Positions 18,634 through 28,200 of a stretch of 64,000 nucleotides of DNA are shown one piece after another. The notes beneath the pieces were generated by a model. The model was not told the DNA's origin. It worked only from the letters and a program-made list of their open reading frames with translations, and did no database searches. Each line of letters opens with the position of its first letter. Within the stretch, counting starts at the first letter, position 1. Source of the DNA: an uncultured delta proteobacterium (GTDB taxonomy: Bacteria; Bdellovibrionota; FAC87; UBA2466); assembly GCA_963778115.1 (NCBI GenBank), contig CAVZSV010000004.1, positions 2,784,001 to 2,848,000 of the forward strand. Direction: 5' to 3'. The position numbers were made by a program, and so were the translations under genes.

Positions 18634-19158
18634 CTATAAGACAGCGGGCTCCGTGTGAACCTGTTGATCGAGGCCCACCACCGAGTCGCTAACGGCTTCC
18701 ATAGCGGTGTTGGGGGCGGAATAACGATTCACCTTTTGGGCCATCGGTCTTAGGACAACGTTGGCGGTGATAACCGCCAGTGTTCCCATAACGGCTTTTA
18801 GTAGAGCGCCACTTCCTGCCATCAGGCCAACCGCTGCCGAACACCACAAAGTGGCGGCCGTATTAAGACCTCGGACCGTAAGTCCATCGCGCATGATGAC
18901 CCCCGCTCCCAAGAAGCCAATTCCGGAAACGACCTGGGCCGCGATTCGGGCCCTGTCGTACTCTCCCGAGAACGAGTCGTTTACCATGATAAATAGTGAA
19001 GCTCCGAGCGCCACGAGCGTGTTGGTTCTCAGGCCCGCCGTGCGCTGACGCCATTGCCGTTCGAGTCCAATAGCGGCTCCGCAAAGAAAACTAGTCGCTA
19101 AGTGAGTCACAAACGGAACCACGATACGCGCAGTATTGCCAATAGTGATATCAAACAT
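18634..19158 (-). CDS. mgtC: MgtC/SapB family membrane protein
   Basis: IGLERQWRQRTAGLRTN, RIAAQVVSGIGFLGAG, GLNTAATLW. GGGAGG RBS before ATG 19158. Confidence 0.93.
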   Translation of the reverse strand: MFDITIGNTARIVVPFVTHLATSFLCGAAIGLERQWRQRTAGLRTNTLVALGASLFIMVNDSFSGEYDRARIAAQVVSGIGFLGAGVIMRDGLTVRGLNTAATLWCSAAVGLMAGSGALLKAVMGTLAVITANVVLRPMAQKVNRYSAPNTAMEAVSDSVVGLDQQVHTEPAVL

Positions 19159-19289
19159 GGGTCCTCCCATCAGGGAATCTGACCAGACGTATAGCCCCTT
19201 TGAGCAGAATTTGGAATTTGGACAGGGAGGATATCGAGAATAGTTTCCCTGACTCACTTCATTCAGCGAGTCAGGACTTACTTAGGAGC

Positions 19290-19367
19290 TTAAGTCCGAA
19301 ACTTGCTGAAGAAGTTTTCTAAATCTTTCCTAATTCTCGCGGGCGGGGGCTGACTAGGAATGTCCAT
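19290..19367 (-). CDS. Candidate proline-rich leader peptide of mgtC (25 aa)
   Basis: GGAG RBS, MDIPSQPPPARIRKDLENFFSKFRT; stop codon sits in a hairpin arm. Confidence 0.65.
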   Translation of the reverse strand: MDIPSQPPPARIRKDLENFFSKFRT

Positions 19368-19414
19368 TCAGAAAAGCTCCGGTTATCAGTCGCGACCATC
19401 GCGACCGTGAAGGC

Positions 19415-19443
19415 ATAGTAGGTAAGGGTTTTGGGGGAGGCAA
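19415..19443 (-). promoter_or_regulatory. Sigma70-type promoter of the mgtC leader
   Basis: TTGCCT-N17-TACTAT on the minus strand. Confidence 0.7.
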
Positions 19444-19593
19444 GGGTAAAATTATTGAAAAATGCATAAGACCACGTTCAGGTCCCATGTCTCCGTTCGA
19501 AGTTCACGTTCCTGTTCATGGCAATTTCGTCGTCGTGAATATGAACTCTCACGTAGACATGAGCGTGGGCTCCCCGCAATTCAAGAGCGGAAC

Positions 19594-21099
19594 TTATTTA
19601 ATAAACGCCGCCAGATCCGCCTTCAACGGAGCCAGTGCCTTCGGGTTGATATACACCATGTGCCCCGAGGGGAAGCGGTGGATAGTCACTCGATCGGCCA
19701 GATTCAAGCGCGGTGCTAGGTGTTCAAACTCATACTTCACGGTCTCATAGGGGACGGCTAAATCATAAATTCCGCTCGCGACGTAAATGCGCAAAGAAGC
19801 GTTATCGATGAGCGCTTGGCTCAGATCATCCATCACTCCATACTCGGTTCCATCGGAGTCAAAGGGCCACGTCTGAACATTGGCCATCCCAATATACGGA
19901 GTCGGGCTTAGGAAATGGACGATGCTAGTCAGGTAGTAATTAATAGCACCCGTAAAGGGACCCGATACCGCCGAGTCGCTAGGATCGGTAGCGGTAGCTC
20001 CGGTTTGACCTGAGAGTCTGCCGCCGACATAACGGGCGTCGTAGCGTCCCACGACTTCGTTTTCCGACTGCAAGAGATCGCCGAAGAAGTCGGTGTCCGC
20101 AATTCGCAAATTGAGATCTTCCACCTGAGACTGAGGAATTCCGGTGAAATCGGAAACCTGCTTGGCGATGTTATGAAAATCGGCATCGGGCAAGTCGTTC
20201 CCTTGCTGCAGGGCTTGCCAGTACGGCCCGCGCGCGAAAGTCTCGGCTTGGGTCATTAACGTTTCCGGGTCTACATTCTGATACTGTGCCGCCGATTTCT
20301 TTTGGAATTGAGCGGTTGTCGCAAAGCTAGGAAGAAAACAGACGTAAGGCAAATCGTTATCAACCTCGCCGAAGTTGGTTGTCGTAGTCGTTAGCCAGGG
20401 AGAGAGGTAAACCACTCCGTTCAGAAAAATACCCATGTCCGCTTGAAGGTGGTGGGCGAGTAAAGCCCCTCGGATGCCTCCATAACTTTCGCCCATTAAA
20501 TACTTCGGCGAGTTCCAGCGATTATTGGTATCCAAGTAGTTTCGGATAAATTCGGCGACCGATTGGTAATCGTTTTTTACTCCGAAGAACTTATCCTGAG
20601 CGCTTCCCGCTTGGACATCGCTAAACCCAGTCGCGACCGGGTCGATCATCACGAAATCGCTTATATCGATGGGCGAAAAATCGTTCGTTACCAACTCAAA
20701 CGGGGTACGTACGGTAAGTCCGTCGGTGCCCATGTCGACTCGCTCGGGGGCTACCAACCCCATATGGAGCCATAAGGAAGCGGAGCCGGGTCCGCCATTA
20801 AAGGCGAAGGTAATGGGGCGCGGGGTGCTCGTTGACGAAGGTGCCACATACGAAGTGTAAAAAATACACGCTTTCGATTTCCCATCGGCCGCTGTCGCTT
20901 CTAGGTAACCCGCCGACACCGTGTACGAGATTGAATGGCCCGCTATGACGGTGGTCAAAGTGGTCGACACGGATGCACTTTGGTTGCTCGTGCACGAGCC
21001 CGCCGCCAGATCGGCTAGGCCAACCTGACTAAATCCCATTCCGATGCAAAACAATGACGTAACAATGGCAAATGTTGAAAAACGAAAGTCTAAACCCAT
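19594..21099 (-). CDS. Secreted serine carboxypeptidase (S10)
   Basis: FNGGPGSAS, IDPVATGFS, GESYGG, YDLAVP, SGHMVY; signal peptide. Confidence 0.92.
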   Translation of the reverse strand: MGLDFRFSTFAIVTSLFCIGMGFSQVGLADLAAGSCTSNQSASVSTTLTTVIAGHSISYTVSAGYLEATAADGKSKACIFYTSYVAPSSTSTPRPITFAFNGGPGSASLWLHMGLVAPERVDMGTDGLTVRTPFELVTNDFSPIDISDFVMIDPVATGFSDVQAGSAQDKFFGVKNDYQSVAEFIRNYLDTNNRWNSPKYLMGESYGGIRGALLAHHLQADMGIFLNGVVYLSPWLTTTTTNFGEVDNDLPYVCFLPSFATTAQFQKKSAAQYQNVDPETLMTQAETFARGPYWQALQQGNDLPDADFHNIAKQVSDFTGIPQSQVEDLNLRIADTDFFGDLLQSENEVVGRYDARYVGGRLSGQTGATATDPSDSAVSGPFTGAINYYLTSIVHFLSPTPYIGMANVQTWPFDSDGTEYGVMDDLSQALIDNASLRIYVASGIYDLAVPYETVKYEFEHLAPRLNLADRVTIHRFPSGHMVYINPKALAPLKADLAAFIK

Positions 21100-21258
21100 G
21101 TTGTTCCCCCTAAATGAAACCGCCCTAACCTCACGGAATAACACGGCTCGTAGGGCTCAACCCATTTAAAAGGTTTCCTCTGTTAGCAAAAGTTTCAAGG
21201 CTGGGACCGTGATGCGACGCGTGATGCAGCCGTTAAATCAGATCGCCGATAAGTTTCC

Positions 21259-21891
21259 ATGCTCTCAAAAGACACGGCTTTGCTTTTTCAGGTAGGCGGA
21301 ATTGTTCTTTGTCTGGCACTTGTAATATTCGTTCAGATCCGAACGATTAGAATTCAAAACGGCTGGAATGCGGCCATAGAAAAGTTAGCTGCTGCTCTAG
21401 GGGGGAGCCGTCAGCAGGGCTCTCTTTTGAATTCGATGATACTTCCCATCTATTCGGGCCAATACCAAGGGACAGGATTTAAGATGGTCTCTTTACCGCA
21501 GGGGCGAACGGCTTCATTTCTGATGTTGTCCGTGGAGACGAGTTTTCCCAAATTTCGATTGGTGAAGCCAGTGTCGAAGGAAGTCCTTTTGCGTTTTAGC
21601 ACTAAGATCGTTACAGGGGATTGCTACTTTGACCGAGAGTTCCTCATTTTCTCTAATGAGGTTATGCTGAGAACTCCGGAGTTTTGGAATACTTCCACCA
21701 AGAACCTCATCAAACAGGTGATGCTGCTCGGATGTAGTTCCCTAGAGTCTAATGGCAAGGAGCTCCTTTTAAGATGGAGCCCTTTCGATATCACTTGCGC
21801 GGAACATCCGGATACCTTCGCCAGAGCGATTGGCTTTGCGCAGCACCTTTCGGGAATAAAAGTCCCGTTATCGTCGGCTTTCCAGTTGTAG
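21259..21891 (+). CDS. Hypothetical protein with N-terminal TM anchor
   Basis: 210-aa ATG ORF with one hydrophobic segment; no recognised domain. Confidence 0.65.
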   Translation: MLSKDTALLFQVGGIVLCLALVIFVQIRTIRIQNGWNAAIEKLAAALGGSRQQGSLLNSMILPIYSGQYQGTGFKMVSLPQGRTASFLMLSVETSFPKFRLVKPVSKEVLLRFSTKIVTGDCYFDREFLIFSNEVMLRTPEFWNTSTKNLIKQVMLLGCSSLESNGKELLLRWSPFDITCAEHPDTFARAIGFAQHLSGIKVPLSSAFQL

Positions 21892-21899
21892 GAAAAACC

Positions 21900-21934
21900 T
21901 TAAATTCTGTAATCCCGCTCGTTACGAATTTTTA
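21900..21934. promoter_or_regulatory. Second tandem TTAC-N5-GTAA-like site pair
   Basis: TTAA-ATTCT-GTAA at 21900 and TTAC-GAATT-TTTA at 21922, 22 bp apart. Confidence 0.5.
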
Positions 21935-22010
21935 AGGTCCGCTTCGCTTTCTCTCCTTAAATCTTCCCTTCCTCAGATAATTCAGGCTGGAGACTATAGC
22001 TTTACCTTCT

Positions 22011-22026
22011 TGGCCTGGTCTTTGCT
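22011..22026 (+). promoter_or_regulatory. Sigma54 -24/-12 promoter
   Basis: TGGCCTGGTCTTTGCT, GG-N10-GC. Confidence 0.75.
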
Positions 22027-22055
22027 CACAATGCCTCGAAAGAGAAGGAGTAGGT

Positions 22056-23462
22056 ATGACGTTCGCATCTAGGGCGCTATTAGCGATATTCACTTTTGTG
22101 TTGTTGGAAGCCGGGCAAGCTTTTGCTGATGCCGATCCTCTTCCTACCCATCCTGAGCAAGAGCGAAAGATCAACGAAGCTGCTCAGAGCACGGAGAAAA
22201 CGGCCCCCGCTCCCTTTTCCTTTGCGGACTTCTCTTGGGTTCCCGGTAACTATGGGCCCAGTGAAAGCCCACTAGCCAGCAAATATTTCGTACCCGAACT
22301 AAGATTAGATACGGTCTATCACTACGACTTTTCCAATCCCGGGGACAATACGATATCGGGTTCAAGTGAAGCGTTTCGCACTAACGAATTTCAAATCACA
22401 CAGATTGGAATCGGCGGTGACTTCAATTACAAGAATGTGGGTTTTAGATTAATGACTCAATTCGGGATGTATTCCCAAACGACTCCCCGAAACGACTCTA
22501 GCCCTTCGCGGGGACAATGGAATTTAGATAGTGCCTACCGCTATATTTCTGAAGCTTACGGAAGTTACCATCTCAACGTGATGAACGGCATTAATATTCA
22601 AGCCGGCATCTTCATGTCGTACGTGGGCTTGTGGAGCTATTACAATTTCGACAACTGGACGTACCAACCTTCTTACGTTTCGTCGAATACGCCGTGGTTT
22701 TTTAATGGTATGCGGGTCCAGATCTTTCCCAGTGAAAAGCTTAAAATTGAGCCCTGGCTCATTAACGGCTGGCAGTCGTACGGTAGATTTAACAATCAGC
22801 CCGGTTTAGGTCTTCAAGTTCTCTATCGCCCTAATGGCTGGATATCGGTTTTAGGAAATCAATATTACGGTGCGGATACTTTAGGGAATCCGGGCCGCAC
22901 GAGATTTCATACTGATGACAGTGTGATGGTGAAGTACCACGAGAATCAAAAAGGAGTTATCAGCAAAGCGGCGGCTTCTCTTACCATAGATGCCGGTTGT
23001 GAATGGGGAGGTGGAGTCACCTGTGGATCTCAAAATTTTATTGGATTTATGCTTTATAACCGCTTGTGGTTCCTGCAAGACCACTTCGGACTTACTTTCG
23101 GCGGCGGAGCCATCAACAACCCAGGCCGTTATCTGGTTCTGATTCCGCCCATCAACGGAGCTACGGCTTCTAATCCTCCCGATCCTCGGTACTTTACGGA
23201 AAACGCAGGAGATCAGTACTCCGCATGGGATATGCAGTTGACCGCCGACTGGATGCCCACGACCAACATCACTTTCCGATTGGAATTTAACCATCGTTGG
23301 GCGAGCACTCCCTACTTCACCGGTCCTGGCGGAGTGACGCCCCCCTCATCCAGCGGAAGTGTGACCAACAGTGGGCCTCCAGGTTCGTACGTCGCGGGCT
23401 GGACTCCAGATTTGAGACAAACCGAAGATCGTCTTACGGCGGCGATGATGGTCCGGTTCTAG
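22056..23462 (+). CDS. Outer-membrane beta-barrel porin, BBP2/DUF1597-like
   Basis: AAGGAG RBS, signal peptide, AGIFMSYVGL, DNWTYQPS, INGWQ motifs shared with 15996; terminal Phe. Confidence 0.8.
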   Translation: MTFASRALLAIFTFVLLEAGQAFADADPLPTHPEQERKINEAAQSTEKTAPAPFSFADFSWVPGNYGPSESPLASKYFVPELRLDTVYHYDFSNPGDNTISGSSEAFRTNEFQITQIGIGGDFNYKNVGFRLMTQFGMYSQTTPRNDSSPSRGQWNLDSAYRYISEAYGSYHLNVMNGINIQAGIFMSYVGLWSYYNFDNWTYQPSYVSSNTPWFFNGMRVQIFPSEKLKIEPWLINGWQSYGRFNNQPGLGLQVLYRPNGWISVLGNQYYGADTLGNPGRTRFHTDDSVMVKYHENQKGVISKAAASLTIDAGCEWGGGVTCGSQNFIGFMLYNRLWFLQDHFGLTFGGGAINNPGRYLVLIPPINGATASNPPDPRYFTENAGDQYSAWDMQLTADWMPTTNITFRLEFNHRWASTPYFTGPGGVTPPSSSGSVTNSGPPGSYVAGWTPDLRQTEDRLTAAMMVRF

Positions 23463-24175
23463 GCGGTCACCGTTCGTTCGCCTAATTTCTTATCCGCGAA
23501 GATGACGGCGGTTTTGTCGAGCAAGTTAAAAGAGCTAGCGTTGACTCGGCCTAGAGGGTTTCCCTTTAGGTTGAGTGCGTTGAGTTTATCGAGGCCCGCG
23601 AAGACCATCGAGTCCAGATTCGAAATTCGGTTGTGGGACAGATTCAAACTCATAAGATTTTGAAGGTTCTGAAAGCAACTAAGTTCTAGCGATCGAATGC
23701 GATTGCCCGATAGATCTAACCAAGTCAGCTGCGTTAAAGGTTCAAAATAGGTAGAGCGAATTTCCGAAAGCCCATTGTGCGAGATGGCGAGCGAAGTTAG
23801 TTTGTTTAAACCGCGCAGAGCGTTGGGACGAATCTCAGAAATTAAATTTCCTCCCAGATCTAACTGAATTAGATTTTCTAATCCCCGAAAGCAGTCGGAA
23901 GGGAGCGCTTTTATGTTTTTGCCTAGAATTTTCAGCTTTTTTAGCGATCGCAGTTCACGAAACAGATCGGGGGGAATAAAGTCAGGCCATTCGCTAGATT
24001 CCCGGTATTCGTTGAAGCTAGGAACCAGAATTAGTTCCTCCAGCGAACTGAGAGGCCGGAAATCCTCTCCTTTCAGATCGTGAAGAGGGGTTTCAATTTG
24101 AAGTGTCTTTATCTTCTTTGGTTTCTCATACTCCGCGGGTTCGAAGCAAAGCTTAGGATGGATGGAACGCGTCAT
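23459..24175 (-). CDS. Leucine-rich repeat protein
   Basis: Repeated LxxLxLxxNxIxxL..F units of about 24 aa; AAAGGAG RBS before ATG 24175. Confidence 0.88.
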   Translation of the reverse strand: MTRSIHPKLCFEPAEYEKPKKIKTLQIETPLHDLKGEDFRPLSSLEELILVPSFNEYRESSEWPDFIPPDLFRELRSLKKLKILGKNIKALPSDCFRGLENLIQLDLGGNLISEIRPNALRGLNKLTSLAISHNGLSEIRSTYFEPLTQLTWLDLSGNRIRSLELSCFQNLQNLMSLNLSHNRISNLDSMVFAGLDKLNALNLKGNPLGRVNASSFNLLDKTAVIFADKKLGERTVTA

Positions 24176-24207
24176 GGCGTCTCCTTTCGACTCTAGACAG
24201 AGAGAGG

Positions 24208-24223
24208 AGCAAGTATGGTGCCA
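24208..24223 (-). promoter_or_regulatory. Sigma54 promoter of the LRR gene
   Basis: TGGCACCATACTTGCT, full consensus match. Confidence 0.85.
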
Positions 24224-24384
24224 AAGCGGTCTGGCTTGGTTTTGAAAGAAACTCTGACAAAACCAAGGACTTAGGCGGTAAGAATTCCCGGGGTCGGTAT
24301 CAAAAGGAGCCCAAAGAGTGAGTAAATCCCAAGGTGGTAGGAAGAACGCTTTTAGGGTAACTCTGAGATAGAGCAGGGGGTCCG

Positions 24385-25905
24385 TTGTCTTCATCCGCAG
24401 ACAAATCTCACTTCGAAAAAACGGTGGTGGTAGCGATTGGGCAGGCCGCGGGGTTTGCGTTTAGCTTTTTCATTCCCGTGTTTTTATCACGTCGACTCAG
24501 TATCGAGTCATACGGGACGTATAAGCAGATTATCCTTATCCAGTGGTTCTTTTTTATGACTCTGCATATGGGGCTCGATTTCGGCCTCTTTTACTTTATG
24601 AAACGCCATCCCAGAGAAGCACCGGTATTTTCTTTGAATGCTGTCATTAGCGAAATTGGGATAGCTTTTCTCGTCGCTATTGCGCTGTACGCTCTGCGCT
24701 ATCCGCTGGCCGCGGCTTTTCATAATCAAGATCTAGCGGGACTCGCGTCGATGCTAGGAGTGCTCATTATCTTCACCATTCCGGCGCAACATCTGGAGCA
24801 CTACCTCATGGTGATGGATAAGGTGAAGTACAACGTTCTTGTCTTTTCACTAAGCGAAGGATTAAAAGCGTTTGCGGTCTTTATCGGATTTTATTTTTTT
24901 CACTCTCTCGCTGTCGTGATTTTGCTGTTTGCCTTGGTGGGTGCACTTCGCTGTGGGCTGCTCATTGTCATGAATCTGATACTGATGCATCGGCGACAGA
25001 TTTCTCTTGGAGAATGTTTCCGCTTCTTGCCCAAGCAAGTCTCCTATGGATTGCCGCTGGGGGTTTCTCAAATCTTCTCCATTTTCTATAAAATGGACCG
25101 GTTCGTGATCGCGACGCTCTTTAATGTTCGACAGTTTACTTTGTACTCGGTAGGAAGCTTCGATATCCCTTTAGTTCCGAATGTCACTAACACGATGTCG
25201 GATCTCATGTCGTTCGACATGGTCATAGCGCACACCCGCTCAGAATTTGATCAGGTTAAATACCTTTGGCAGACGACTAAACGTAAGATTTCGCTTCTGC
25301 AACTGCCTATCGCCATCTTTCTTTTCTTTTTCTCAACGCAAGTTATCACCTTCATTTATTCAACAAAGTACCTGGAGAGTGCTCCTTACTTTCGAGTATT
25401 TATGCTTATATTCTTAGTAAGCAGTTTCGATTGTGACATTGTTTTTCGCACGTTTGCAGATAATCGGCGATTCCTCAAAATTCAAACGGCTTCGAGCGTG
25501 GGCGGACTTCTTATGACGATAGGCTTTGCTTATCTCTACGGCCCCATGGGCGCTATGATCGGAAAGTTAGTTGGCGATAGTATTTCTGTGGTGGTGAAGC
25601 TTTTTCTGGCGCGGAATCTGATGCGGCTTCATTGGAGTGATCTCTTTCTTTGGAAAGAGATCGTTATCATCTTGGAGGCGAGCTTAATATCGGCGATCCT
25701 AGCCAAAGGTGCCGTTGCACAGTTACCAAACACTCCCGCTATTCAAGTCGTCGCCGGACTTGGATGCTACGGATTGATTTTTGTGGGACTTTCATTCGCG
25801 TTTAAAGTGATTAAACCCGACGAGACGGACTATCTAAAATTTCAGTTGAAAGGATTTTGGCCCCTCCTGTCATTGCGAGCAGCGAAGCGACGCCGTAATC
25901 CGTAA
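24385..25905 (+). CDS. Oligosaccharide flippase (Wzx/MOP family)
   Basis: About 12-14 TM; LSRRLSIESYGTY, YGLPLG, MDRFVI, IYSTKYLESAP motifs. Confidence 0.85.
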   Translation: MSSSADKSHFEKTVVVAIGQAAGFAFSFFIPVFLSRRLSIESYGTYKQIILIQWFFFMTLHMGLDFGLFYFMKRHPREAPVFSLNAVISEIGIAFLVAIALYALRYPLAAAFHNQDLAGLASMLGVLIIFTIPAQHLEHYLMVMDKVKYNVLVFSLSEGLKAFAVFIGFYFFHSLAVVILLFALVGALRCGLLIVMNLILMHRRQISLGECFRFLPKQVSYGLPLGVSQIFSIFYKMDRFVIATLFNVRQFTLYSVGSFDIPLVPNVTNTMSDLMSFDMVIAHTRSEFDQVKYLWQTTKRKISLLQLPIAIFLFFFSTQVITFIYSTKYLESAPYFRVFMLIFLVSSFDCDIVFRTFADNRRFLKIQTASSVGGLLMTIGFAYLYGPMGAMIGKLVGDSISVVVKLFLARNLMRLHWSDLFLWKEIVIILEASLISAILAKGAVAQLPNTPAIQVVAGLGCYGLIFVGLSFAFKVIKPDETDYLKFQLKGFWPLLSLRAAKRRRNP

Positions 25906-26004
25906 GGGAAACGAGCAAAGCCTGAGTGATGTCGAAGTCCGTATGTTCTACCGGTTGCTTCGTCGAGTCGCTTCCGCCTACGCCAATTCTCTTTGCAATG
26001 ACAG
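25867..26004. repeat. GTCATTGCGAG-type palindromic (REP/RPE/MITE-like) element
   Basis: Termini CTGTCATTGCGA and TTGCAATGACAG (11/12 inverted match); internal GCGAAGCGACG..AATCC and GGTTGCTTCGTCG. Confidence 0.7.
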
Positions 26005-26007
26005 AGT

Positions 26008-27036
26008 TTACCGATTCCCCCACACCGGCGCACTCACAAAAAACAGATCGCTAACCATGCTCTTAAACGCCGCAAGTGCCGCAGGACTCGATGTGATGCT
26101 TAAGTCGTCGATCTCAGTAGCCTCCGTCCCCATTTTTTCATTCCAATAGCTGTAAGCTTTAAGCCGAGGCCAGCGGTTGGTTTTTAGAACTTGGTAAGCA
26201 TTGGAAATCCAGTTCGCTTTGCGGCTAGGATCATGCGGATCTTCGATAACACCCGTTTCAACCAGCGCGATGGGCTTATTTGGAGTGACCGTTGAGATTT
26301 CGGCATAAGCCGGATCCATAACGGCGACAAACTCGTCCCAGTAATCGGAATCTTGTTGGGCTCCCATGACACTAACTCCTATCCAATCGATATAGGAATC
26401 ACCGGGGTAATACTGCGCCATTTGGTTGGTCGATTCCGCTGGGTTGTCATTGCCGTTCATATGAAAGAACCAAGTGATATTCGTCGCTCCTTCTGCTCGG
26501 CAGATCGTAATGACGTGTTGGACCACCGAAGCATAAAGGGCGGGCCCATTGGGATAGTAGATTCCGCTCCATTGATTCCAAAACCCGTTTGGCTCTGGGC
26601 CAAACTCAGCCAAAATGGGAAATCCTAAAGCTTTCGCCCCTTGGGCCCAGTCTCGAATTTGATCGTCGAAGTCTCCCCTTAGAATCACGTCTAGTTTTAG
26701 AACGGGATCGATGGCGTCGGTCTCGGTAGGAACCGAACGGGGCAAGATACGGACAAAAGGGGTGCTACCCACTTGGTGAACGGCCATGGCATCGTCAGTG
26801 GGAAATTGGAGCGCCTGTCCCCATTCACTGAGCACAATGTCCCACACCGCAGATCTTGCGGCATCCGCGGTAAAGTCGTTGAGAGCCGTCGTAAGAGTCG
26901 CCGAGGAACTCTCGTCATAGGCGGCATAGACGCCTAAGTACACTCCTGAGGTGGGCGGGATAAGAACGCTGTCAGCAAAGGACGTGACTGAGAAGAAAAG
27001 GACGAAAAATAAAAGGCGATCCCATCTGGTTTTCAT
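26008..27036 (-). CDS. Secreted GH26-like glycoside hydrolase
   Basis: EFGPEPNGFW, YYPGDSYIDWIGVS, KPIALVETG; signal peptide. Confidence 0.85.
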   Translation of the reverse strand: MKTRWDRLLFFVLFFSVTSFADSVLIPPTSGVYLGVYAAYDESSSATLTTALNDFTADAARSAVWDIVLSEWGQALQFPTDDAMAVHQVGSTPFVRILPRSVPTETDAIDPVLKLDVILRGDFDDQIRDWAQGAKALGFPILAEFGPEPNGFWNQWSGIYYPNGPALYASVVQHVITICRAEGATNITWFFHMNGNDNPAESTNQMAQYYPGDSYIDWIGVSVMGAQQDSDYWDEFVAVMDPAYAEISTVTPNKPIALVETGVIEDPHDPSRKANWISNAYQVLKTNRWPRLKAYSYWNEKMGTEATEIDDLSITSSPAALAAFKSMVSDLFFVSAPVWGNR

Positions 27037-27049
27037 GATCGCCTTTCGG

Positions 27050-27084
27050 AAAAAAAGAGGGCCCGAGAGTCCCGGGCCCTCTTT
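27050..27084 (-). terminator. Intrinsic terminator between the GH26 paralogs
   Basis: AAAGAGGGCCCG / CGGGCCCTCTTT stem with a U-tract on the minus strand. Confidence 0.8.
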
Positions 27085-27098
27085 AAGAGAATTCACTA

Positions 27099-28136
27099 CT
27101 AGCGGCTGAACCAAGAGGCCCCGGTGATAAACATCGGATCTTGGAACATCGCTTTGGCCGCAGCCAAAGCTTGTGGGCTCGAGTCGACGCGGAGATCATT
27201 TCCCTCTTCCGTCCATCCCGGCTCGCTCCAGTAGCTGAACGCTTTAATTCGAGGATAGTTGCCACTTCTCAAGGCGTTGTATCCGTCGGTAATCCATTGC
27301 GCTTTCGCGTTGGGATCGCTTAGCAGCTCGACAACCGTGGCTTCGACAATCGCAAGCGGCTTAGTGGTCGAGACGGCCGACATTTCGGCATAAGCCGGAT
27401 CGAGCAGGTCGGTGAAGCTGTCCCAGTAATCGGTTTGGTAAAGCGCCCCGTCGTTACTGATTCCTAACCAGTCGATATAGTTGTCACCGGGATAATAATT
27501 TACCATGGCATTGGCGGGTGTTGCCGGATTCGCAATCCCATTCATGTGGAATACCCAAGTGATGTTGTTGGCTCCCTCTTGACGGCAAATGTTGATGAAG
27601 CGTTGGTATGCGGTTGCCCAGAGCTGGGGTCCGTTGTCATAAAGAACGCCACTCCATTGGTACCAATTTCCGTTAGCTTCGGGAGCGAACTCCACCATAA
27701 TGGGAAAGGGAAGCTGACGAGCGACGTCGGCCCACTGGGTGAACTGGGCATCGAACGCTCCGTTGGCCATGGAATCCAAACGCAGGTAAGGGTCAATAGC
27801 GCCCGTCTCATAGTTTACGCTGCGGGGAAGGACTCGAATGAGAGGAGTGCTGCCGGCATTGTAAGCCGCGTAGGATTCATACCAAGGAAACTGCAAATTG
27901 CTTCCCCACTCGTTAATAACGATACTCCACGCCAGCCCCTTGCCCGTGGTGGACTCGTACGTTCCCAAATTATTCGTCAAGCTCTGGGCGTCTCCCGCCA
28001 GATAGTCAACATAAGCGCCCAAGTACATTCCGGTAGTGGGAGGTGCCAGTACGTACGAACCCGATTCGGAAAAACCCACTACTGGCGAAAGCGCCAGTAA
28101 CACCAATGCCATTTGCATGGCCTTTTTAATGTTCAT
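27099..28136 (-). CDS. Secreted GH26-like glycoside hydrolase
   Basis: EFAPEANGNW, YYPGDNYIDWLG, KPLAIVE; GGAGGA RBS; signal peptide. Confidence 0.85.
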   Translation of the reverse strand: MNIKKAMQMALVLLALSPVVGFSESGSYVLAPPTTGMYLGAYVDYLAGDAQSLTNNLGTYESTTGKGLAWSIVINEWGSNLQFPWYESYAAYNAGSTPLIRVLPRSVNYETGAIDPYLRLDSMANGAFDAQFTQWADVARQLPFPIMVEFAPEANGNWYQWSGVLYDNGPQLWATAYQRFINICRQEGANNITWVFHMNGIANPATPANAMVNYYPGDNYIDWLGISNDGALYQTDYWDSFTDLLDPAYAEMSAVSTTKPLAIVEATVVELLSDPNAKAQWITDGYNALRSGNYPRIKAFSYWSEPGWTEEGNDLRVDSSPQALAAAKAMFQDPMFITGASWFSR

Positions 28137-28184
28137 TATCTCCTCCATACAATTTCTGAAATTCGTGACCCCACCCAAGAGTAG

Positions 28185-28200
28185 TGCATGGAGCGTGCCA
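28185..28200 (-). promoter_or_regulatory. Sigma54 promoter of the GH26 genes
   Basis: TGGCACGCTCCATGCA, GG-N10-GC. Confidence 0.75.

Noticed and set aside
19160..19410. M-box (ykoK) riboswitch upstream of mgtC
   Set aside because: I could not find its conserved segments; the leader ORF and hairpins explain the region better.
24176..24394. N-terminal extensions of the LRR, nitroreductase, mgtC and GH26 ORFs
   Set aside because: Better RBS-ATG pairs lie downstream; the extensions overlap promoters, terminators or neighbouring genes.
26298..27400. Identical ATTTCGGCATAAGCCGGATC in two places
   Set aside because: Equivalent DPAYAE codons in the two GH26 paralogs.
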